From an uncultured bacterium (GTDB lineage: Bacteria > Zixibacteria > MSB-5A5 > GN15 > FEB-12): a stretch of 64,000 nt of DNA. The position numbers and the translations under genes are program-made. Below are positions 56,901 through 64,000 of this stretch, piece after piece; positions within the stretch are counted from its first letter, which is position 1; each line of letters starts with the position of its first letter. A model generated the notes under the pieces. It was not told the origin of the DNA, did not search any database, and worked only from the letters and a program-made list of their open reading frames with translations. The stretch lies in NCBI GenBank assembly GCA_965603125.1, contig CBFDBU010000002.1, positions 2,046 through 66,045 on the forward strand, read 5' to 3'.

Positions 56901-57427
56901 CGGCTCACACCGGCGACGGCAATTTGATCGGCGGCTTCTCTATGGAGCAGGACGGTCTGTTCGGATTCATGCCGGTCTATGCCGACGATCCGGCCACGGG
57001 TGTCACAGAAGGAGCCAGACCGGGCGAAGAGTTCCACCTGCGAGTCAACGGCGTTCGGACTATGGAAGAGTTCGTCTGGAGCGACCACGCGGAGAAAAGG
57101 GAGATCAACTCTCTGACTTCCAAGTCGAGTTCCGACGGCACTCTGCCGAGCGGCTGCTCGTTGGCTCAGAACTATCCCAACCCGTTCAATCCGACCACCA
57201 CGATCAGCTTCTCGCTGCCGTCGGCGGGCAGGGCAAGGATTGAAATATACAATATCCTCGGCAGACTGGTTGCTGTTCCTCATGACGGTATGTCTTCGGC
57301 AGGAATCAATCAGGTTGTCTGGAACGGGCGAAACTCCGCTGGCAAGCCGGTCTCATCGGGAGTATATTTCTACCGGTTGACGGCAGACAATTACACCGAA
57401 ACCAGAAAAATGACGTTGCTGAAATAG
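53945..57427 (+). CDS. Giant secreted protein 'C' (1160 aa): family N-terminal domain + 3 Cys-rich repeats of about 85 aa + cohesin-like module + CarboxypepD_reg-like domain + 2 'YGDDP' modules flanking 2 'GWNLVS...GYW.KV' repeats + T9SS C-terminal domain
   Basis: ATG 53945 gives MRFRLIILLAVFSALSAGLIQGQS. 'ATNGYRVYSPTG', '[12 protein letters not shown]', 'GGQICLDSSYYTPSGVWKW', 'AWDGPHCF'. Repeats '..CP....C....C..L.I.....V.V..A.W....LCF.....G.Y.F.V.A'. C-terminus '[17 protein letters not shown]...GVYFYRLTA...RKMTLLK'. Confidence 0.85.
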   Translation: MRFRLIILLAVFSALSAGLIQGQSLTLDHVDGLNTTGGLKMGVPVTFFVRMTGDENYYGGATNGYRVYSPTGAQWTTTVADTTGALTASIYEQQYVKHFSVTGSGADTVGLGCWRQLNSTGLPVDFDDVVFEIQIGPIDQTYDGGQICLDSSYYTPSGVWKWAGPDAFPAWDGPHCFTIGELPGDPPVIVCPTEAYPDVELCSVERVCVPLSITDYETVTVDMEGAEWDEGQLCFTPQLPGGPYTFHVVASNSAGSTDCYVNVNVFFIPQPSIACPPEPLDTALCGPQAEVCIDLEILNYGEVTVNDAEWAEGQLCFEADTVGTYTFHITATATDPMCEAVECDLTVVVDFIPEPMILCPESPIPDHLYGVGDACVILQIVNATDVYVEGATWENDELCFFADTSGSYDFDVTAEDDCGRQAFCQLTVEMVVTPPSEDDILTIPTVPAVPGSRVAIAVGIENLCSLDSVMAALGPGGEFEFLDLDSISWVGSVIEHWSNKEVIHENHKSTLVASASIGEDPVPAGKGTLVTFHLTVGHDAPESFCPIVFVDPPPVFRYDCGSGPVQVAPTAIDGGVVIGTAENYVCGYVVDPQGSAIEGATVELWSDFPRGFIDDMTYTDGTGLFEFFNSTIIPFDLWAYKDGYYPVRVEDLNFAQTGIMITLTTIEPVTPTPEWVNFYCPFSTYLGDALPVGSVIDAFAEGVHCGSFAVSEPGKYGFLLVYGDDPYTPEIDGAGQGDLIRFYVNGVEAIPSVPAFWTSKGDVYEVCLEAATPTVHSCDLAEGWNLVSWNIDQGNNNITEALASIEECLIVVLGYEAGGLTYDPTLPLFSTLNYVDYLSGYWIKVDCDITLEITGTAVPVTTPIPVTEGWNLVSYLPGETLATPIALASIHDDLIVALGADNVYQPGDPLNSLLEMDTCHGYWVKVAQGGQLIYPGPIPAPALQVRANLVAAKGVPGLIPTTRWMNLYAHELLLDGAPVPAGATITAHTGDGNLIGGFSMEQDGLFGFMPVYADDPATGVTEGARPGEEFHLRVNGVRTMEEFVWSDHAEKREINSLTSKSSSDGTLPSGCSLAQNYPNPFNPTTTISFSLPSAGRARIEIYNILGRLVAVPHDGMSSAGINQVVWNGRNSAGKPVSSGVYFYRLTADNYTETRKMTLLK

Positions 57428-57461
57428 AGTGCAATCCTGTGAAAGGAACTGGTATAAACCT

Positions 57462-57485
57462 CCGGCCGATTGCAAGGTCGGCCGG
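57462..57485 (+). other. Intercistronic hairpin between genes C and D (no T-tract; probably not a full terminator)
   Basis: CCGGCCGA-ttgcaagg-TCGGCCGG. Confidence 0.4.
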
Positions 57486-57504
57486 ATAGCGATAAGGTGA
57501 AGGT

Positions 57505-59235
57505 GTGAAAACAAGATACTTAAATCAAGTTCTGATCGCCGCCCTGGTCTTGGCTCTGGCTGCCGCTAGCCCGACCAGTGTAGCCGCCAACCCGTTTTCC
57601 AAGATATTCTCCGGCGACGTCAGCATCAACGGTCAACCCGCGCCGCTTGGAACGGTCGTCGAGGCCTATAACCAGGATGGCATCTTCTGCGGCGATTGGA
57701 TAGTGGGCGCCATTAATCCCTCGGCTGATTCCCTTGATCCGGCGAGAGTCGGCACCTACGGATTCATGCCCGTGTACGGCGACGATCCGTGGTCTGCGGA
57801 TTCCATAGAGGGAGCCACCAGCGGCGATATCATTTCGTTCACGGTAAATGGTCTCGATGCCGCCTTAGTTGTAGACAGCGGTGACGTGTTCTGGACGGAC
57901 AAGGGGTTTGCCAAAGTCAACCTCTCAGTGGATTTCGTAACTGTTGACATGGTGATATCCGATCCCGCCCCCTACAGAATCGGCAAACCGGGTGAGACCG
58001 TACGGGTCTATGTGGGTGTGCAGAATCTCGGTAGCGGCCTGGATTTCTACAACATCGAAGCCGTTTCCACACTCGGGTGGACTCTGACGCCTATGCCGGA
58101 TTTCGCCTACGCCGAACCGGGCCAGGTGGCCTGGGCCTATTTCGACGTCGAACTGCCGATATTCCCCGGTGCGAACAGAATCGACGACATAACCTATACG
58201 GTCTACTCGAATGTCGATCCCGGTGTCTCGGAATCAGGCGCGCTGCAGGTGACCGTGGACGCCGCCTCGGTGTACATTGTCTCGCTGGTGGATCCGCCGT
58301 CTGACCAGTCCGGTGACGTGGGAACGACGCTCTATTTCACTGTCGGCGCTCGCAACGACGGCAACGAGTCTGACGATTATGTTTTAACGGCAAGCTCTGA
58401 TCTCGGCTGGACAGTCAATATCCCCGCTGGAGTTACCCATGCCGAGCCGGGAGAGACAGTCTACTTCTTGTTCAGCGTAGAACTTCCCGCCTCCATAGCG
58501 GGCGATAACGAGACCTCGAACATCAGCTATGAGGTCGCCTCCCAAGGTGATCCCAACCAGACTGATGGCGGGTCGGTGTTGGCTACGGCCAACGCCGTCC
58601 ACCTTATTTATGCGATGGTACTGGAAGACCCTCCCTTTCAGCAGACCGCCGAGCCGGATCACGCCGTGCGTTTCAATGTCGGCGTTCGCAACACCGGTGA
58701 CCTCGCCGACCAGTATTACATAACCGCTGCCGGTACCGTGCACGGCTGGACTGTCTCGCCTGAGCCCGGCCTCGTGAACGCCCCCAAGGGTCAACTTGTG
58801 TATCTGTATTTCGACGTTGTTGTCCCCCCATCCGCCACCGATGGGGAGACCGAGCACATAAGCTACACCGTCCATTCCAACGGTGACCCGGCGGTTAGTG
58901 TGAGCAGTTCTGTCAGCCTGGTCGTGGATGATCCGACCGACGTGGAAGACCCCGACCTGACCATACTTCCCGACCGCGTTCACCTGGCCCAGAACTATCC
59001 CAACCCGTTCAATCCGACAACGACAATTACTTTCAGTTTGCCCGTCAGATCGAATGTCAGGCTGGAGGTCATCGACATCCTGGGAAGGACTGTCGACGGC
59101 CTCGATCTCGGCCGGATGTCCGCCGGCGACCACCGCGTTGAATACAATGCCTTGGGACTTGCCAGCGGTGTGTACTTCTACCGTCTCGAAACCGACCACG
59201 GCAGCCAGACCAGAAAGATGATCCTGCTGAAATAG
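57505..59235 (+). CDS. Secreted protein 'D': 'YGDDP' module + 3 NEW3/CARDB-like repeats + T9SS C-terminal domain
   Basis: GTG start after AAGGTGAAGG. Signal peptide 'LIAALVLALAAASPTSVAA'. 'GTYGFMPVYGDDPWS'. Three repeats 'G.T....VG..N.G...D.Y...A.S..GWT......... A.PG..V...F.V..P'. C-terminus '[17 protein letters not shown]...GVYFYRLET...RKMILLK'. Confidence 0.85.
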   Translation: MKTRYLNQVLIAALVLALAAASPTSVAANPFSKIFSGDVSINGQPAPLGTVVEAYNQDGIFCGDWIVGAINPSADSLDPARVGTYGFMPVYGDDPWSADSIEGATSGDIISFTVNGLDAALVVDSGDVFWTDKGFAKVNLSVDFVTVDMVISDPAPYRIGKPGETVRVYVGVQNLGSGLDFYNIEAVSTLGWTLTPMPDFAYAEPGQVAWAYFDVELPIFPGANRIDDITYTVYSNVDPGVSESGALQVTVDAASVYIVSLVDPPSDQSGDVGTTLYFTVGARNDGNESDDYVLTASSDLGWTVNIPAGVTHAEPGETVYFLFSVELPASIAGDNETSNISYEVASQGDPNQTDGGSVLATANAVHLIYAMVLEDPPFQQTAEPDHAVRFNVGVRNTGDLADQYYITAAGTVHGWTVSPEPGLVNAPKGQLVYLYFDVVVPPSATDGETEHISYTVHSNGDPAVSVSSSVSLVVDDPTDVEDPDLTILPDRVHLAQNYPNPFNPTTTITFSLPVRSNVRLEVIDILGRTVDGLDLGRMSAGDHRVEYNALGLASGVYFYRLETDHGSQTRKMILLK

Positions 59236-59260
59236 CTGCAAGGCGACAAGCAAGTGACTG

Positions 59261-59291
59261 AAAAACCCCGGTTTGAAGCCGGGGTTTTTTT
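59261..59291 (+). terminator. Strong (bidirectional-type) Rho-independent terminator after gene D
   Basis: AAAAA-CCCCGG-tttgaag-CCGGGG-TTTTTTT. Confidence 0.8.
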
Positions 59292-59370
59292 GTTGTGTCG
59301 GCGACGCGGAATCGCAATACTGTATTGAGGTCACTGTCATCCCGTCTGAAGACGCGTGGGCCTCTAACCT

Positions 59371-60402
59371 TTGGCGACCGGACAGGAACGAATCTTGCCG
59401 CTGAGATACAACGTAACCGGAAAGACCGACGTGGGGCTGGTCCGCTCCGGCAACGAGGACTACCTTCATCTGGACGATGCCAACGCGGTCTTTGCCGTCT
59501 GCGACGGCATGGGCGGACACCAAGCCGGCGAGGTGGCATCCATGTCGGCAGCGGATACGTTGTTCACTGTCTTCACTCATCTCAGGAAGGAACTTCTTGC
59601 CGATCCCGATCTGACCCTGGATGAGTCGCTGCCGCCCGGCGGCGAACTGCTGGTCAAGTCGATCCGTATGGCCAATCGCGAGGTGTTCAACCGGTCGTTG
59701 AGCGATCCGTTGCTGACCGGCATGGGCACAACGGTTGTGGCGGTAGCTCTTGAGGGAGATGTCATGTCCGTCGCTCACGTCGGTGACAGCCGCGCCTACC
59801 GTCTCGAGGAAAGACAACTGAAGCCCTTGACGCTGGATCACTCCTGGGTGTCGGAGATGCGCGAGAAGCAACTCATCTCGGACGAAGAAGCCCTCAACGC
59901 CGTCGGAAAAAATGTGATCACGCGGGCCTTGGGTGTGAGGGAAACGGTTGAGGTCGACTACCGGTTGTTGAAGGTCAGGGCGGGCGACATGTACATTCTC
60001 TGCTCGGACGGTCTGTGCGGCTTTGCCGACGATGATGAGATATTCGCGGTGGCGGACAGGGCGAGGAGCGATATCAAGCGCATCGCGGATGATCTGGTAC
60101 AGATGGCCAACGATCGCGGCGGATCGGACAATGTTACCGTCATCGTGCTTCAAATACTCGAACCCGGCGAGTCCAACCATGCCGAAAAGGACGTTCAGAC
60201 CTTTCCCGCCGAGTCGCCGGACCTGCTGAAAGCAGAGGACGCCTGGCTGGAAAGGCTGAGGAACTACCGAGTTGAGGAAAAGCCTCCTCCTGACGTCGAT
60301 ACGGCAACCAAGGGAGCCAGCAGATTTCTGTTGACCCTGATATTCGTGGTCTTTGCAGTGGTGGCCGCAGCGATGGTGTACCTGTCGACCACCGGACACT
60401 GA
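59371..60402 (+). CDS. PP2C-family Ser/Thr protein phosphatase with a C-terminal membrane anchor
   Basis: 'GKTDVGLVRSGNEDY', 'VCDGMGGHQAGEVAS', 'GMGTT', 'VGDSRAY', 'LCSDGL', 'GGSDNVTVIV'. Terminal TM 'FLLTLIFVVFAVVAAAMVYL'. TTG start at 59371 or 59395. Confidence 0.85.
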   Translation: MATGQERILPLRYNVTGKTDVGLVRSGNEDYLHLDDANAVFAVCDGMGGHQAGEVASMSAADTLFTVFTHLRKELLADPDLTLDESLPPGGELLVKSIRMANREVFNRSLSDPLLTGMGTTVVAVALEGDVMSVAHVGDSRAYRLEERQLKPLTLDHSWVSEMREKQLISDEEALNAVGKNVITRALGVRETVEVDYRLLKVRAGDMYILCSDGLCGFADDDEIFAVADRARSDIKRIADDLVQMANDRGGSDNVTVIVLQILEPGESNHAEKDVQTFPAESPDLLKAEDAWLERLRNYRVEEKPPPDVDTATKGASRFLLTLIFVVFAVVAAAMVYLSTTGH

Positions 60403-60583
60403 CTCTCTTTTGGCCCACGTCAATCCGGCCGGGTTCACGTCCGGGCAACCATCAGATGACCGGTTTTGACATTAACAGTGGGGAACCCCGGCACGGGATC
60501 TTTTCTTTTGGTACTGAATGCAAAGGGCTTTGCGAGGCGCTCCCCTTGCGTTTGGGCCGACCTCCCCTACATTGCGGAAAGCG

Positions 60584-62629
60584 ATGAGTAAGAGCAGCAG
60601 ACACCCCTCCCGTCGAACAGTCAGATGGGCTCTGATTGTCTTCGCCTTGGCCCTTGTGCTGCGGCTTGTGTTCATCGCAGAGTTTCGGGAATCCCCGTTG
60701 TATGTGACGCCCATTATGGATATGGAATACCATCACAACTGGGCGTCGGCGATTGCCACCCAGACGGAGTTTGTCGATGGTCCGTTCTTCCGGGCACCTC
60801 TTTATCCGATCTTCCTCGGAGCCGTCTATTTCATCTTTGGGGACAATCCCTTGACGATCAGGGTAATCCAGGCGCTCTTGGGCAGCCTGAGCGCACTTTT
60901 GGTCTTCCTGATCGGATTGAGAGTGTTCAATTTCAAAACCGGTCTTGTGGCCGGCCTGGCGTTGGCCGCCTACGGCACGCTGATCTTCTACGACGGGCAA
61001 CTCCTGGTACCCACCCTGGCAATACTGCTGAACCTGTCGGCCCTTTTCTTCCTGGTCAAGGCATGGGAAAACCCGATCGCGGTCCATTTCGCTCTGGGCG
61101 GGCTGCTTTTGGGGTTGTCGGCTATCGCCCGTCCCACCGTGCTGCTGTTTGCGCTCTCGGTATTCCTCTGGATGCTCTGGCGATATTTCAAGGGACGATC
61201 CCCGGCAACGCTCGTGCACGTAGTCGTCTATGGCGCGGCGGTGCTGATTCCCATTCTACCGGTCACCGTACACAACCTGGCCGAGTCGGGTGAGTTCACG
61301 CTGATAGGCACCTATGGCGGGCTGAACGCATACATCGGCAACAACCTATCCTCGGATGGCGTCTCGGCCAAGCTTCCGGGCGCGCGAAGGGACTGGTGGG
61401 GGATGATGGTCGACGCCGAGCGGATGGCTGAGCAGGACTGCGGCCGGGAACTTTCGGACGCGGAGCAGTCGACATACTGGGCCGGGAAGACAGCGGGAAC
61501 CATTGCTGACAACCCGGGGTGGTTTCTGGCTCACCTGTTTCGCAAGTTCATCCTCCTGGTGGAAGGCACGGAGCTGTCCAACAATTTCGATCTGTACTTC
61601 TTCGCGCACGGAACGCACCTGTTGAAACTACTGATGTGGCGGAACCTGATTGCTTTCCCCTGGGGGATTCTGCTCCCGCTGGCGGTGGCTGGTCTGCTGC
61701 TGTGCCGGTCGTGGACGGCCCGGCAGAAAACGCTGGCGCTCTTTCTGGTCTGCTATGTCCCGGTGGTGGTACTATTCTTTGTGACGGCGCGCTACCGATT
61801 GCCGATGGTTCCCGTGCTTGTTCTGTTTGGCGCCCACACCGTCGTGACGGTTGCCGCTGAGTGGAGACAGTTGCGCCCGGCCCTCAGGACTGCGGTGGTC
61901 TTTGCCTTCCTGGTGATGCTGGTAGTCTGTAACACCGATGTATATTCCCTCGCCGGTCGGTCGGAAGCTCAGGGCCTGTATACTATGGCATCCATTTGCG
62001 AGAAGCAGGGGGACAGCGGCGGCGGGGAGCGATACTACCGTATGGCGTTAGCCGAAGATTCAACCCTGGCCGAAGCAAACAACAACTTAGGACTTATTCT
62101 AACCGGCAGGGGAGCTTTCGACGAGGCGACACGCCTGCTGCAGAGGGCGGTGCGACTCGCACCCGGCGACTACATCATGAAATACAACCTGGCATACGCG
62201 TATCTCGAGGGCGGAACGCCGGAGGCGGCCGTACCCCTGCTCAAATCGGTGCTTGAGCAGGTTCCCGGTTACACGGATGCCGCCAACAATCTTGGCGTGG
62301 CTTACCTGCGCCTGAACCAGCGCGACAGCGCCGTCACTGCCTATCGCCACGCGGTAAGAGAGAACCCGAGCTATGCCGACGGTTATCACAGCCTGGGAGT
62401 GGTGCTAAGCGAAATGGGAGAGACTGATTCGGCCATAGTCTGTTTCAGGAGAGGTTTGCAGTCAGCACCCACCAGGGCGGATATGCACTACCACTTAGGG
62501 ATGTTGTACCTGGATCGGCAGGCGACTGATTCGGCCCTGGTTCATCTTCGATCGTTCCTTCGCTACTGGCGCGGTGATCCCCACATCGCTGAGGAAGTGC
62601 GAGCGCTGGTGGCATCGTTCGAACCTTAG
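60584..62629 (+). CDS. GT39/PMT_2-type (ArnT-like) membrane glycosyltransferase fused to C-terminal TPR repeats
   Basis: ATG 60584: 'MSKSSRHPSRRTVRWALIVFALALVLRLVF'. Polytopic N-terminal region, about 450 aa ('FFRAPLYPIFLGAVY', 'RVIQALLGSLSALLVF'), then about 6 TPR units ('AEANNNLGLIL..G.FDEA...LQRAV.L.P'). Confidence 0.7.
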   Translation: MSKSSRHPSRRTVRWALIVFALALVLRLVFIAEFRESPLYVTPIMDMEYHHNWASAIATQTEFVDGPFFRAPLYPIFLGAVYFIFGDNPLTIRVIQALLGSLSALLVFLIGLRVFNFKTGLVAGLALAAYGTLIFYDGQLLVPTLAILLNLSALFFLVKAWENPIAVHFALGGLLLGLSAIARPTVLLFALSVFLWMLWRYFKGRSPATLVHVVVYGAAVLIPILPVTVHNLAESGEFTLIGTYGGLNAYIGNNLSSDGVSAKLPGARRDWWGMMVDAERMAEQDCGRELSDAEQSTYWAGKTAGTIADNPGWFLAHLFRKFILLVEGTELSNNFDLYFFAHGTHLLKLLMWRNLIAFPWGILLPLAVAGLLLCRSWTARQKTLALFLVCYVPVVVLFFVTARYRLPMVPVLVLFGAHTVVTVAAEWRQLRPALRTAVVFAFLVMLVVCNTDVYSLAGRSEAQGLYTMASICEKQGDSGGGERYYRMALAEDSTLAEANNNLGLILTGRGAFDEATRLLQRAVRLAPGDYIMKYNLAYAYLEGGTPEAAVPLLKSVLEQVPGYTDAANNLGVAYLRLNQRDSAVTAYRHAVRENPSYADGYHSLGVVLSEMGETDSAIVCFRRGLQSAPTRADMHYHLGMLYLDRQATDSALVHLRSFLRYWRGDPHIAEEVRALVASFEP

Positions 62630-62693
62630 CGGGCGTTCTATCATAGTGACCGCAGAAGCAGCCCGCAGTCGCGCTGCTGCAGCCAGAAAAGCC

Positions 62694-62722
62694 TTGACAA
62701 CTGCGTGCCCCGCGGTTAATTC
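62694..62722 (+). promoter_or_regulatory. Candidate promoter for tRNA-Arg
   Basis: TTGACA (62694-62699), 17 nt, TAATTC (62717-62722), 10 nt before the tRNA 5' end. Confidence 0.4.
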
Positions 62723-62732
62723 TGGATTTAAT

Positions 62733-62806
<74 letters not shown>

Positions 62807-63083
62807 TTTTTTTGTGACTCTCCCTCGCATTGCAATCTTCGCCGGTAGTTCCTGGCCAGGGAACACGCAGAAATGGGTTCGTTTTGCGGGTTTTCATTTT
62901 CGGTTGACAGGATCGGTAGTGATTTCGCGGTCTGCACGAGTCGTCGGTCGAGGCGTATTTCATATATACTACTGCACCTGTACGAGCATTTGGGGGGGAA
63001 GTTGAGGTGTTCTTGCGGGGGGCCCACAAGTGGGTTCTTTGTGCTTCGCGCGTCTCGTTGCCAGCATAGTGATCGGTAGATCG

Positions 63084-63207
63084 TCCCACCTGCCGCTTCG
63101 CTTTAGGTGGGGTACCAATACCAGTTGAGTATGGGGTAGGGGTACACGGCCAGGTTCAAACAAGTTTGAACCTGCCACCCGTCGAAACTGCAGGGGTTTC
63201 GACCTAC
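63084..63207. repeat. Repeat cluster downstream of tRNA-Arg: R1 copy, an 11-bp perfect palindrome, R2 hairpin
   Basis: R1 at 63084-63119 (33/36 match to 35446-35481; internal stem CCCACCT/AGGTGGG). CAGGTTCAAAC-aa-GTTTGAACCTG at 63151-63174. GTCGAAAC-tgcaggg-GTTTCGAC + 'ctac' at 63181-63207. Confidence 0.7.
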
Positions 63208-63265
63208 GGTGACTGGTTTGTAAAGGCATTATTGCAAGTCAGGATCGCCCGAGCCAATTATGGAG

Positions 63266-63784
63266 CTAACCGGAAAAATAGCGGCGCTGCTCGATAAGTT
63301 CCCGCTGGCGGGTGATCAGTTTCTTTACGAAACCGGTGCGCGGCCGCACAACCTGGAACACCAGGAACGAGAAGAGCACAAGAATAACCGATTCTGTAAA
63401 CCGTCCGGTCACAAAGAAGTAGAGGTAGCCGTACAGGGAGATCACGGCAATGATAATGAACACCGGCCGGGAGCAGCGAAGAAACCCTGCCGCCAGGTCC
63501 TGTTCGAACGTCTCGGGGCGTCGGATCATCGGCTGCTGGAAGAGTCTTCTTCGCTTCCATAGAGCCAGGCCCGCTTGTGCCACCGACAAAACCGCCAGAA
63601 CATAGAACAGGGAGTTGGCTGCTGAGCCGGCATGGTTGTCCATAGAGTAGTTCTTGTCCAGGTAAAAACAGACAAACAGCAGGGCCATAGGCACCATGAT
63701 ATTGACAAAGAGGCCGAAATAGAGCGGTTTGACCAGAATCCGCGGCAGGTCGTACTCATTGTCTTGTGAACTGAATCCCATCAT
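63266..63784 (-). CDS. Hypothetical integral membrane protein (about 4 TM)
   Basis: 172-aa ORF with four hydrophobic stretches. ATGA overlap with the upstream 68-aa ORF. No motif recognised. Confidence 0.4.
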   Translation of the reverse strand: MMGFSSQDNEYDLPRILVKPLYFGLFVNIMVPMALLFVCFYLDKNYSMDNHAGSAANSLFYVLAVLSVAQAGLALWKRRRLFQQPMIRRPETFEQDLAAGFLRCSRPVFIIIAVISLYGYLYFFVTGRFTESVILVLFSFLVFQVVRPRTGFVKKLITRQRELIEQRRYFSG

Positions 63785-63987
63785 GCGGCCACCTTCCGCT
63801 TGAATCTCTCAAGTGACGACTGTCGGGGCCAGACTACATAGGACCACACCATACCCACGGGATAGAAGACCAGCATTCTCGTCACGTCACCGCACAGAAA
63901 GTAGACCACCAGCCCGTATATATAGATGGCTTCCACAAACGCAGCCTTGACTATAATTATCGCGCTAAAAAGCTGGGCGGGATTCAT
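63781..63987 (-). CDS. Hypothetical small membrane protein (2 TM)
   Basis: 68-aa ORF, two hydrophobic segments, translationally coupled to the downstream gene. Confidence 0.35.
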   Translation of the reverse strand: MNPAQLFSAIIIVKAAFVEAIYIYGLVVYFLCGDVTRMLVFYPVGMVWSYVVWPRQSSLERFKRKVAA

Positions 63988-64000
63988 GGACGTCCGGCTG

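Overview
About 64 kb of chromosome from a fairly GC-rich Gram-negative bacterium (GC judged by eye). It is probably an uncultivated member of the FCB superphylum. Three large secreted proteins end in the T9SS C-terminal sorting domain ('[13 protein letters not shown]...VYFYRL...KM.LLK'), and a dockerin-type module is also present. I support about 48 CDS, mostly housekeeping:
- DNA, translation and nucleotide metabolism: dprA-like, yigZ, thyX, rsgA, secA, asnS, and pyrK-pyrD-pyrF behind a TPR gene.
- Other housekeeping: sirtuin, GH57 glucanotransferase, MlaD, trkA-trkH plus an RCK K+ channel.
- Peptide scavenging: M32, M3B and M16 peptidases plus a POT transporter.
- RNA genes: one tRNA-Arg(ACG).

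Three segments look AT-richer and accessory:
- 12.35-13.7 kb: a long intergenic region plus a PEGA lipoprotein gene.
- 35.5-37.6 kb: a serine-hydrolase cassette bracketed by 86-bp direct repeats, with a tRNA-Val-like remnant and a truncated lspA nearby.
- 41.8-43.75 kb: a two-gene MTase plus PD-(D/E)xK nuclease island between secA and a ybaK-like gene.

The most unusual content is a paralogous family of secreted proteins at 20995-25166 and 53945-59235.
- Three members share an N-terminal domain of about 165 aa that I do not recognise.
- One member carries a dockerin and no T9SS tail. Another carries a cohesin-like module plus a T9SS tail. This suggests a surface cohesin-dockerin assembly.
- A second unrecognised module ('YGF.PVYGDDP') occurs three times.

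Several families of short hairpin repeats are dispersed in intergenic DNA and create spurious ORFs. Recognisable promoters are sigma70-like (TTGACA-N16/17-TATATT). Many long ORFs in the track are antisense artefacts of GC-rich coding DNA. All homology statements come from reading motifs by eye; no database search was run.
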